Assembly: GCA_000002445.1 (NCBI GenBank)
Contig: CP000069.1
Coordinates: 32,001-96,000, forward strand
From: Trypanosoma brucei
Lineage: Eukaryota
Length of the DNA: 64,000 nucleotides
Direction: 5' to 3'
The position numbers were made by a program, and so were the translations under genes. Position 1 is the first letter of the stretch. Every line of letters starts with the position of its first letter. The notes under the pieces were generated by a model that was not told where the DNA came from, ran no database searches, and saw nothing but the letters and a program-made list of their open reading frames with translations. Of the stretch, positions 50,601-61,989 are shown piece after piece.

Positions 50601-53600
50601 CACCACAAGGTAGATAAACTTTTTAAAAGGTACAGTAAAACACAATGGTCAAATAGGATTTGTGTGTGTTTCGGCCTTTGGCTTCTGTATAGTGTGCTTA
50701 TGCATGAGCGCCTACATCTCTCTCCGTGTGTGTGATAACTGCTCTTGCGTGCAGTACCATCGTTTGGCTGCTTGTCCCGTAACTCCATTCCGTAATGATC
50801 CCTCTGGAGTATTGATAGTATTTCAAACATGGCGTTACATCATGCATACGTTTACATCACACGACCTTCCTATGCTCATTCACTCTCTCTGACGATGGAA
50901 ATAAAGGGGGTATCAGGTATCACTTTTTAGTTATAATTGTTTAAGGCGCCTGTGTGTCGTGGTGCGCTTTGAATTTTGTGATATTTGCGGTCGCCTATCG
51001 ATTGAACTGTGGTATTGGGCTGACAGGTCTGAAGGCACTTTCTTGTCCCTCATATTGTTTCCGTTTACTCTTATACCCGGTTGGGAAATTAACCTCCTTT
51101 TTATACTGAACCACAGTAGGATATGTGCTTGGTCGATATGATGGTGTTCCCGTTCCCCCCCTGATATTTCATTTGGATTGTTCTAAAGTTTTATTGTTTT
51201 TTTTTTGATGCCATACACTGCGTGGATACTGCTTTTAACTGTCAAATAGAGCATTTTTCGTTACTTTAGATTTCGGTTCTTTTTCCTTTTCGGAGGGAAG
51301 CCCGGGTTAGTCTCAGATTAATGGCTGTTGCTTGTACACCGTCACCGCATTGTACACGCTAATGTTGAGTCTTACATCATACCGTTTTTTTGTCCTCTCT
51401 ATTTTCTGGTGTTGTATCTGATGATTTGTATCACTATGTTTTCTCGGATAGAGCAGTTCCACGCTTCGATTTTTGATGGCCCATGCTGCATCGATACATG
51501 AGTCTATTTACCTGACATTTTTGTTTCTTCCCGTTGCCACAGCTAGAACAGTGCTCCTTATTCCTTACTGATGAAAGGAAGAGACTTACCGGTTTTGTAT
51601 TTACCCCAGGAGGGAATGACACGTTTCTACTTCCAGTGTTCTTCATGCCATTCAACGCTACCAATATTACCAAATTTTTTTTTTCGTGGAAATATCTTTA
51701 TGGTATCATTTTTTTTCTTTCTGGGGTTATATGGACTTGTGATCTTGCTTACAAACCCCCCTTTTAACCATTACTGGATAGCGAGGTTAGTGTTTCGCCA
51801 CAAGCGCCTTAGGGGTTTCAGAGATCTACTGCTGATATTCCAAAGCGCTGAGAGTGACAGCAGCAAAGAAATGAGCTGAAAAAGAATGAGATGAGTGATG
51901 TGACGGAGTTGCCATATTGAGTGATACCTCGCGAGTGTAGCGTTGCAGCTCCTTCACAATTGTTGGGTTTCTTCTGTTTGAAGCCACAGCAAGGCTCATA
52001 TACTCTGCGGGATGCTTCTAGGTTGGAGACTTTGCTTCCCACAGGTTTCCTGTAAAATGTTTTGTGTCAGCCTTGGTAGTCTGACACATGTTTACGAATT
52101 CAACAGCGTGTATGTCGCTGCACACGACGACCGATTTTATATTTGGCGATGTGGGAGGGTTGATGTTGCACTAGGGATACGATATTGGCCAATTCACTAG
52201 CCATGCCAAGAGTCACAGTGTACAGCATTGTTATCACACTTTTGCCGCACAAGAACGGGACTCGTCACAGCACTCCAGTGGCGATTTAAACCATGCTATG
52301 TGTAATGGATAGCGGACACGTGATGATGAGCTTCCCTTCCCGCGACAGAAAAAACGAAAAAAAGACGGTTCTTGGTGACAACGTTGTATTCATCTGCCGT
52401 TGAGAATTATGTGCGAAACATGCAGAGAACCACAACCTATGCGTATGTGCGTTGTTGCTGTTTTTTTTTTTGCTTGTGTGTCACAGGCATGTGCGAACAG
52501 ACGACACAGGTGATCAGCATCCAGTGAGGTACGTTATGCATGTGAAGGCAGCGCTTTCCCCTTGCCGGTAATCTGCACCGATGAACATACGCAGCGACCA
52601 CCGCATGCGCCTCGTTCTGCTGCGCTTTCGCAACGATGGATCAGTTGTTGCAGGTGAAGAGAGACGTAAGGAGATTGCGTGTAGCGAAAATAAGTGTTAC
52701 GGTTGCGCTCTCTGGGTGCCAACACCGTGGTAGTCAGCGAGGATATAATGGACGGATCCCGTCGTCTCAGACTGTAAGTTAGCCTGCTCTGCAGAAGTGG
52801 GTTTGGGAGACGGCGGCGGTTACTTATACGGTTTTGCCGCATTGGTCAGGATGTTTCGTGAAGTTAGTTGACCGACGTATGAGTTGTGGGGATGCCGTAT
52901 GCCAGTACAGATATTCTGCTGCTTTACACTGCTAACGTAAAATGGCGTCCAAAGAATGGAACCAGGCTCCATCTCACACAAACAGCTGCGGCACTGTTAG
53001 ACCCACGGAATCGGGTACGATCCAACACATTTCGTACCTGCAGATCGCTGTAGGATGCCTCCGCCACAGACAGTTATGACTCATCTATCCTGCAAACGCC
53101 TGATCATTCCATGGCTCTGCTGCCACGATATGGCGAGTTGCGCCTTATGTTTTTAGCAATGTGACAGAGATGTCCATTAGGTAAGCAAGAAATTCTTTAC
53201 TCCCATGAAATATGTGCTTGCAACGGAGAGTCTCAAACCCCATCACCATGGTAGGTACAAAGGGGATAATAGGTATCTGAATGCATGAATGTAGTGAATA
53301 CACCACCAGGGCACTTACGACTAGCGTTCTGCCCTCAACTCAAACGAAAGCCACATCGAAGACAGATCCATATTTCGTAATGAAATGTCAGTAGCAAGGA
53401 AAACAACGACACACATGAAATACGTATACGTGTTTGTTTGTGTGACACCATTTCCCACCAGCGTGTCGGTTGTCCCTTTCTATCATTTGCTCGCAATTTA
53501 CAGTGACATCATAAACGAGTCGCCTCTCGCTACCTTGACGTGCCTTCATTGCTTTTTAAGCATTGTTTTGGTTTTTTAGGGAACTTGTTATAGTATCCAA

Positions 53601-56600
53601 CTGTCTGGAAGTGTAATCTTACTGATTTCTATTTTCCCTCTTTTGATATTCTTCCTTAGGACATAAGATTTCACACACGAAAAGTGTCACACATTACCGA
53701 AAATATGTGCTGGCAGGAAGGTGGTGGAAGAGGATGTGTGTACCCTCATGGAAACTGCAGGCGGAACCTTACCGCAAGGAGCCCTGCAAGGCGTTACAGC
53801 AAGTACAAGCACTCACCTGTCATTACTGCTATGTCACTGCTACACTTGTTGCCTTTGCTACTCATGTGGATGCCACCTGTGTGCGCGGATGACAGTGCTG
53901 TGACGGTAAAAGTGCTATCCATGATGTATAATCCGGATTATACAGATAATGAAATTAACGCCCTGAATGCCGGTTTTGACGCATCACTGAGTGCCCACAG
54001 CTGGAAGACGGGCTCTAATGCGACAATATCTGTCATCCGTCCCCCATCACCCAATGCGACAATCGAGGACATATTTCAGCAGGGAATGAATCAAAGTGAA
54101 GACAAGTTATTAGTTGTATTCGGTTCCCTGGGTACTGATCACGTCTCGTGGGTCCGTGATAAACTAAACGAAAATGATCTTGTTGGCCTCGCTCCCGTTG
54201 CGTACTCCAGTGAGGTCCGTGGTTGGAACCCTCACCTTTATTTCATAAGTGTCGAACCCAATGCTGAACTCCTCGCCCTCATTCGTTATGCTGTTGTTTA
54301 CCTCCGTGTCCCACGAATAGGTATGATGCACGTGAAGAGCAGCACCGCCAGTATGGGACCGTATGAGTTTGCTGTGCAGATATTGGAAATGATGGGTCGC
54401 GAGCTGTGCGGAATGTTCGTTGTGAAGGAGAGTGAGAATCAAAATATCTCTGAGGATGATTTGAACGTCAGGTGGAGACAATTTGTTGCTACGCGCCCAC
54501 AGGCTATATTGTTGTTTTCATCCCTGGTGGATGGCAGCATCACGTGGTTCATCAAGAAGGTAGCACAGGACAACCGCACTGCCAATGCGTATCTTCTTTC
54601 TACTTCACTACAGCAGGGTCCTCTTATCAACATGTGGCGTGAGGCATTGGCGTTAGCTAATCGTACATTTACTCCTGGACAGCTAATCACAACTGGAACA
54701 GTGCCGCTCGCTAACGATACTCGGTTCTCACTGATTCGGCACTTCCAGCGTGATGTGAACAACTACCTGAAGACAAAAAGTGACTGGAAGGGCTTTGCGA
54801 AACCCGATCACTACCTTGAGGACGACAACGCAGGTGAGATGATGGTGTATGGGTGGCTTGCGGGAGAAGTTCTCTTCCAGGCTCTGAACAACGCTCCACA
54901 ACTGACGAACCGTACGTCATTCAGGGAATCTCTGTACAAGCAGCGTCGCTACGTGATTGATGACCTTGTGGTTGGTGACTTTGGTGGTGAGTGCGATGAG
55001 GCCGTTGCATTACAGGGTGCCATGTGTGAATGCAATCAAGGTGGCAACTTGGTATATATGAAGAGTATAGTGAATGGCTTCCGACCAGCGCCTTTGAGGG
55101 AAGGGTTCCTGACGTGGGGTGTATCAGAGTGCTCGAGTGCCAATGTGCAAGTAAGCGCGCCATTGAGTGGCCTGTTTTTGCTTCTCGCAGACAATGAAGT
55201 TGCATTACGTGCGAGCAGGAAGTGGTTCCTTGGTGCCGAAGCTCATAGTAAGAAGGTGGATGATATTGACAATAGAATATTTTTCCATCCCCTAACAGTA
55301 TCTTCAGAGAATGTGACGCAATCCCTTGAGCAAGTACGGGATAACAGGGATGTATCTGCAGTATTTGGTATCATGCCTGGAGGGCTTCTGGATCGAAAAG
55401 ATTTAATGTTCATCAGTCCTATGGCACTTGGTCCCCGAATGAACTGGTTTAGGAGAAACGTGATACACATACTACCACTTCTTGCGCAGCAACTTTATGT
55501 GCTTGCTGTGTATCTCTCCAACACTTCTTCCAGGGGAGTAAATGCATTCATACGTAGTGCCCACGCCATGAAGGTGGAGGATGCACTACACAAGTCATTG
55601 GACACGTTTGGTGTGCCGCTTGATTCCAGCAAGACACTTGGTGATGGTGACCCGATAGCGTCATATCTCTCGGGTGATGGAGATGTGTTTACTATTGGAC
55701 TCACTCTCACTGACGTTGCTGTGGTTGCGCGGCACCTTCAGACCCACCGCAGGGCACGTGTATTCATTCCATTCAATGACCTTGCAATGTACTACGATGA
55801 GTTTGTGGTTGCGTTTAATGCGAGTAAAGAGTCTATTGCTAGCTCAGAGCGGCTCCTATTCGCGACGAGTTTTCCACACTGGGCGGAGAAGGACACGAAA
55901 TCAGATGTGGTTGCGAGTTTCCATCGCATTGTGAATGAATCGCATTGGGATCCACTAACGTTCTTAGGTTTTGTTACCACTCGGCTGCTTCAAGTGATTC
56001 TCCCGAATATGAAGAAAGTGAATGCAGAGCTGCTGGCAGACCGCATTTACACGGAGTCCAACATCAAAGTGGATGACATGCGATTTGGACCCTTCAGTGA
56101 TGTGGAATGTGTTTCTGGTACGAGTGTTTCGGCAAATGAGTGTGCCTCAAACTTTGGAGCCACAAACATTTCTGTATGGTCGATGGCGCGTGTGCTGAAT
56201 TCAAGTGTGCCCATATTGCAACGCGGCATGACACCGTCTATGGATTATGCTATTTTGCAGGAGGGTCAACTCACACGGTCACAGATAGCCGGAATAATAG
56301 CCGGGTGCGTAGTCGGATTGATATTGTTTATTGTCCTTGGTGTGCTCCTACGCATCACCCTGCGGAATGCTCGTGATAACAATCTTGCGCCCAAGGAACA
56401 AACTGACCCCGTGACACTAATATTTACTGACATTGAGAGCAGCACTGCGTTGTGGGCTGCACACCCTGAGCTGATGCCTGATGCCGTTGCGACACATCAC
56501 TATTTGATTCGTTCACTGATTGGGAGGTATAAGTGCTACGAAGTCAAAACTGTTGGGGATTCGTTCATGATAGCGAGTAAGAGTCCTTTCGCTGCCGTCC

Positions 56601-57085
56601 AACTCGCACAGGAACTACAGCTGCGTTTCTTGCATCATGACTGGGGAACAAATGCACTTGATGAGTCCTACTGGGAGTTCGAGCAGCAGCGTGCGGAGGA
56701 GGACGAGAAGTACACACCGCCAACTGCACGGTTGGATCCTGAAGTGTACAGTCGTTTGTGGAATGGCCTGCGTGTACGTGTTGGAATCCACACCGGGTTG
56801 TGCGACATCCGACACGATGAAGTGACGAAGGGATATGACTACTATGGGCGGACTCCAAACATGGCAGCAAGGACAGAGAGTGTAGCAAATGGTGGTCAGG
56901 TGCTGATGACGCATGAGGTTTACCTGTCACTGTCAGCTGAGGAGCGTGAGCAAATTGATGTCACTGCACTTGGTGATGTTGCACTTCGCGGCGTGAATGA
57001 TCCTGTGGAAATGTACCAGTTGAATGCCGTGCCTGGCCGCAACTTTGCTGCATTACGGCTGGATCGCGAATTCTTTGATGAAGAC
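44680..57085 (+). repeat. Segmental duplication, copy 2: spacer plus GRESAG4-C.
   Basis: See copy 1. The same set of spurious short ORFs recurs (47274/3297, 48340/4363, 50005/6026, 52534/8565 and others). Confidence 0.9.
53621..53659 (+). promoter_or_regulatory. Polypyrimidine tract + AG. Predicted SL trans-splice acceptor for GRESAG4-C.
   Basis: Same sequence and position relative to the ATG (53705) as upstream of copy A. Confidence 0.55.
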
Positions 57086-57469
57086 GAGGATGGCACGACA
57101 ACCTCCACAAGCGACCACAGTTCTTCACGTGCCGAGCTGAGTGAATCAGCACAATCGATATTGAACTCACTGCAGTCTGTTTTCCGAACTTTTAAAGCAG
57201 CGCAACGGGGGAATCTTCTGGCGTCGCTTTGTGAGCGTTGGCGTGTGCCTCTTCCCCGTGAAGCCGCATTCGAGTGGGATGACGCCTACTGTGAGGAAGT
57301 GGTGCGTCGCATTGCAGTTAAGGTTGGGCGTGTCGCTGACCGTAGCGCTCAAAGTGGAAGCAGTGAAGCTTCTGTGAGTACTGAAGAGGGCTCAATCATA
57401 ATTGTTCCATTCGTTGGTTCACATTTCAGGGAAGGCCACTTTGGGTGTCCGCTTCCGTCGTTACATTAG
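53705..57469 (+). CDS. GRESAG4: Receptor-type adenylate cyclase, GRESAG4 family, copy C. Its ectodomain is ~90% identical to copy A; its catalytic domain and C-terminal tail are divergent.
   Basis: ORF-track 53684..57469 starts at GTG; the first ATG is 53705. Same architecture as A. Catalytic-domain substitutions relative to A and B include ATHHYLIRSLIGRYKCYEVK, MTHEVYLSLS and LGDVALRGVNDPVE. Confidence 0.9.
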   Translation: MCWQEGGGRGCVYPHGNCRRNLTARSPARRYSKYKHSPVITAMSLLHLLPLLLMWMPPVCADDSAVTVKVLSMMYNPDYTDNEINALNAGFDASLSAHSWKTGSNATISVIRPPSPNATIEDIFQQGMNQSEDKLLVVFGSLGTDHVSWVRDKLNENDLVGLAPVAYSSEVRGWNPHLYFISVEPNAELLALIRYAVVYLRVPRIGMMHVKSSTASMGPYEFAVQILEMMGRELCGMFVVKESENQNISEDDLNVRWRQFVATRPQAILLFSSLVDGSITWFIKKVAQDNRTANAYLLSTSLQQGPLINMWREALALANRTFTPGQLITTGTVPLANDTRFSLIRHFQRDVNNYLKTKSDWKGFAKPDHYLEDDNAGEMMVYGWLAGEVLFQALNNAPQLTNRTSFRESLYKQRRYVIDDLVVGDFGGECDEAVALQGAMCECNQGGNLVYMKSIVNGFRPAPLREGFLTWGVSECSSANVQVSAPLSGLFLLLADNEVALRASRKWFLGAEAHSKKVDDIDNRIFFHPLTVSSENVTQSLEQVRDNRDVSAVFGIMPGGLLDRKDLMFISPMALGPRMNWFRRNVIHILPLLAQQLYVLAVYLSNTSSRGVNAFIRSAHAMKVEDALHKSLDTFGVPLDSSKTLGDGDPIASYLSGDGDVFTIGLTLTDVAVVARHLQTHRRARVFIPFNDLAMYYDEFVVAFNASKESIASSERLLFATSFPHWAEKDTKSDVVASFHRIVNESHWDPLTFLGFVTTRLLQVILPNMKKVNAELLADRIYTESNIKVDDMRFGPFSDVECVSGTSVSANECASNFGATNISVWSMARVLNSSVPILQRGMTPSMDYAILQEGQLTRSQIAGIIAGCVVGLILFIVLGVLLRITLRNARDNNLAPKEQTDPVTLIFTDIESSTALWAAHPELMPDAVATHHYLIRSLIGRYKCYEVKTVGDSFMIASKSPFAAVQLAQELQLRFLHHDWGTNALDESYWEFEQQRAEEDEKYTPPTARLDPEVYSRLWNGLRVRVGIHTGLCDIRHDEVTKGYDYYGRTPNMAARTESVANGGQVLMTHEVYLSLSAEEREQIDVTALGDVALRGVNDPVEMYQLNAVPGRNFAALRLDREFFDEDEDGTTTSTSDHSSSRAELSESAQSILNSLQSVFRTFKAAQRGNLLASLCERWRVPLPREAAFEWDDAYCEEVVRRIAVKVGRVADRSAQSGSSEASVSTEEGSIIIVPFVGSHFREGHFGCPLPSLH

Positions 57470-60400
57470 TGGTAGTGTTGCACGTCATAAAGCGTACAAA
57501 TATCTTAGTTTTACTCGGCGGAAAAGTTAATTAGCATACCGATTGTAGTAGTTGTTAGTGAATTTTAACGTAGTCTCGGTAGGGTTTGTCTTTTGTATCT
57601 ATTTTTATCTTTTGCCATCTATTTATTATTACATTTTTTACATTCTATTTTTGGTGGCTGCTGCCTCTGCATTAAAGCACATACTAATCTTAAGAGGGAA
57701 CATGCCCTCTGTTAGATTACACGTGCGTTGTCTTTCAAGACACTGAATTAACACATGCATGTGTTTTGCCGTGCCAGCGCCGGTTGGTTTCTTACTGTTC
57801 CAAATCCGACCCTTATGGAAGACAGGACGGCTCAACATTTCTTCTAATTTAACCAAAACGTTTTTGTTCTGTGAGTAATCACAAAACGGGATTAGCTATG
57901 TACTTTCCCTAAGGGCTCTCTTTTTTATTTGTGTCCTTGCCATTTGAGGCTTTAAGAAAAGTAAGGTGAAACATTTCTTTTTCAACACGTCTGTCCTTAA
58001 GCGTGCGAGTGCATGACTATTTTATTTTTTTAAATTCCACCTCTCACGCCCAATCCCGCAACCTTTTGGGTACAAAACTGTGTTTCCGTGTGTGTCTGTG
58101 TCACGTTTTTCTTTTTGAATCCACTTAATGCTAGCGGTGTCTTTAAATATTTTTTCATAATGAGTGTTATGTTGCATGTGTGTTTGTATGTGTTGGGTGT
58201 TATGTGGGCTGTTGTATCTCTCTCTTCGGATATACAACCCTTATCACCCTCTGCATTGCTGATGTTATATGTTGTTTCACCAGTTGCATGCTTTCTTTCC
58301 CTTCACTCATTTGTGTTGCCGTAAGGATTTAAGGTATGTGATTGCCTCCATTCCCTCCAGAGTGTGATGTCGATGCATGAGCTTAGTTATGTACTGAAAC
58401 CCGCGTTGCCTCGCAGTATAACAAAGTTCCCCCACCGTCACAGTTATTGCAGCTTATACTAATTATTGTATTGTGAGGGAGTTTTGTAACACGTTCACTC
58501 TGTTAATATTGCTGAGCCTATAATATCCTTCTGTTATTTACAACACTGTTTGGACACTCGAGGGGAGTGCAGAAATGCCGCTCCTTTATAGGGGCAAACC
58601 TCATTTATCCGTATTTTGTGGTAATTCAAGACTGAACCCTTGACATTTTAACTGTGCGATGAGGAGCTACGGCGAGTTGTGGCGGGAGGGAGCGTCTACG
58701 TCGCTGCAGTGTGTAACCTCAACTGAGCATTTGGCATACCTGTTACATGCTTCCCTTTACATCATGTGTGTTTGCGTGCATGGGCTCTGATTGTTACTTG
58801 CGCATATCTGCCGCCCTCACTTGGGGCTTTTCCCCCCATGCAGGAGTGTACGCACTGGCAGCCGCTTTGGAATATCAAAAATACTGCTACGTGCTGAAGA
58901 TATTATTTGGGAAGGGAACAAATGGAGGGAAACACTGTCGACCTTCAGGGGGAAAGGATAAACTCACCTGAATCGCAGCGGAACTCGTGCGGCTGCAGGC
59001 ATCCAACCTTTTTCCCTCAAGGACAATTGTTATCCCTGAGCGGGTTGTTTTATTAATTTTCCAGCCCTGTATGGCCGGAGTGCGTGCGGTCGCGATGTTT
59101 ATGTAACTCCTTTTGTTACATCACTTTCCTTCTTTTGTAAACCCCCGTAGTCGCCGGACGCCTCGTGCCGCATGCGGGCCCGATTAATTTTTTGGTTTGG
59201 GAATGAGATTGGAGGCACAAACTCTGATGAGGTCCACTGGCTGATCGCTGCTGCGTTGCTTAGATGCGTTTTTATCATTTCTTACTTCTTTCCAACGCTA
59301 CGTGGAGAAGGTGTGGTGACGGTGGCAGCAACCATTGGAAGTGCGAAAAAGAGGGCTCAATCATTTCAAAGTGGAAAGGGGCCCATTACCCGGAATTGAA
59401 ACTCGTCTGATCGCGAACGGCGTTTGGGTTGCGACCAGGAAATGAAATTTGTGTTACGGTCCAAATACGAAACTTGTTGGGTGGACCCAAGGAAAGAAAT
59501 AAAATGGATAAATACATGCTCTCTGCTGCATGAGACTCGGAATATGAGGAAAATGGTGCGAATGGATGTGGAGGGTGTGTCTAACCGGATGAGTGAGTGA
59601 CGACGCAACAACACGAAGATGAATGAAGGAAAAGGGAGGAGTGACAATGCATCCCAAAAGGCAGATGATTGATGTCATAAGAGGGGACCAAGTGTTTCCA
59701 CATGATTGCGGCGTCTGCAAGTAAAGTAGGGTACAAAGGAGAAAAAAAAAGAGAAAGCGGAACTGGATGAGATTCGGTTCTTCCGTCGCGCATGTTCTTA
59801 CGCCCTTCTTCCACTGCATGTGCTATGCGACATTCGTGCCCAAGGGGAAACTTTTCCTGTCTGGAAAGCGCCTTTAAGAAGTATATGAGAGGAACAGCCA
59901 GCCAGGCAGCCACACAAAAGGCGAAGGGCACAACAGAAATTATTAAGAGCCGAGACGCATTAGCCGAGGTAGAGGCTGGCGGAAACAAAACAACAAACAA
60001 GCGACTGCGGCACTGAAATAAGAAACAATCCAAACTCTTGCCCCACATCACACTTAAATACTTCCTTGCAGGAAAGAAGCAGCAACGCACATGAAATACA
60101 TATACGTGTTTGTTTGTTTGTGTGTGTGTGCTAATGTGCCATTGATCCTGTTCTTTCTTTCATTGGGGAATGACGAGAGCGGTTGCGGTGAGCTTCCTTG
60201 TGAGTGGGATAAGTTAGCAGCAACTTGCGGGGTTGCACGGATATTTATAACTCACCAACAGCCTGCCCGAGTTAAGGTGATAAAATAATACTCATTTTCT
60301 TACATACCCCATGCCGAAAAAAAAAATGGTGAGGAAACGATAAGCAGACTGCTCTCGTAAATTGAACAACAGTGGACCCGTTTGCTGAAAAAGAAATGGT

Positions 60401-61989
60401 AAATCAATATGTTATGTTAAGGATTTTAGTTACGGCAAGGAATTGCTGAAAGCGTGTGCTTCACCTGCCCCACACCCTTTCGCAACTTCTGGGCATAACC
60501 GTCCCGCCCGAAGAAATGCCGTCTGCGGGGTTGTCTGTCGATGCAACGTCGCCCCAGCTGACCACGATATTTCCCTCCAGCAATGTTTTGTTCACGAGGC
60601 GCGTTCCACTTGCCGAAACATCGAAATGTGTATTTCATTCTTTTCATGACGTGCTTGGCCGTGGCGTGTTACCAACGCATACGTAAAGCATTTGGGAGCG
60701 GGTTTCCTTCAAGGGTTTGTAATTTCAAGTCTACTGCTCTCGCCTCCACCTGCGAAACACAAAAATGTGGTTGTGCCCACTGGTCCTCCTGGGGCTCATA
60801 GCTTCCCACTAACCCTAAACGGTATTGCTTCCCAATCTTTCATTGAGGTGCCTGCGAATAATTTGGATGGTGTTGGTAAATAACTCGGTGAATTGACATA
60901 CTCGCTGTTAAGAAATATATTAAGCCACTGTTGTTTTCTCTTCATGGAATGCGATGAAAGGTGAGTCGAATCAGTTTCCTCCAATAATCATGTATTGAGC
61001 TTTAAAGGTCGTCGGCGCACCATCTTCAAAAAGAGATAATGTTGTTGGAATAGAGAATTTCCTCGTACGTCTGCCGTGTACATCATGCGGGATATTATGT
61101 TCTTCAACTGTTTTCTCGTTTTTGTTTTTTCCATCGAAGAGGCCTTCATGAGTTTTCCTACTCTCATTTTTCTATGGAAGACCAAGTGGCAACATATTTT
61201 TCTCTTGTGATAAATGTGAACCCATATGAAATTGTATTCTGCGAAGAGTTTGCTCTTCCCCACCATGGCACTGTATTGTACCATATGCTCCCTTATCATT
61301 ACACTCCAACTCCTTGATGACTTTCTGTAATACACTTTATGCGAATGTTATAAGTTCGCACATGTTTTTAGCGATGCGGTGCGGCACATTTTCGTTAAAC
61401 CACTTCTGTGTCTCTTTCCGGGGCCTGAGTATAATCGTGTGTAGGATGTCCTGAACCATATTCATGACCCATTGAAAGATGGATTGGTTCCACAAGTTTT
61501 CCACTCTTCGTTTGGCAACCGGAGACATGCGCAAATATACGCTACAAGTTCCACCTGAAAGAAAGAAACGGAGCCTTTGAGTCAAAGATGAATGCTGCAG
61601 CTTTATTGCAAACTGCGCCCAAATAACGGGACACGTGCTCTAATGAAGCCATGGTTTCATAATTATCATGGTTATTTATCAGCTTTGGCCGTGTGATAAA
61701 ACATCTACTCGTGACTTGGTTTCCCCTTCATCACTGTAAAGCTGGCACTACCCATCCCATGATGAGTCTCCAAAATAAATGCATCTACTTTGGAAACAGT
61801 CAATTTCGGTTATTGTTCCCAATCTTCCTACGCTTCGGGGCTTTACGCGTAATTTGCTACATTTCATCATATCGCCGTCGAGACTGGATGTTAGGTCTCT
61901 CTCCCTAACCCAATGCAGTGATAACCTAGTCGCATCTATCTGTTGTACCGGAAAGTTCTGCTGCTGCTGAGTCTCCGAAGTCACTTTAA

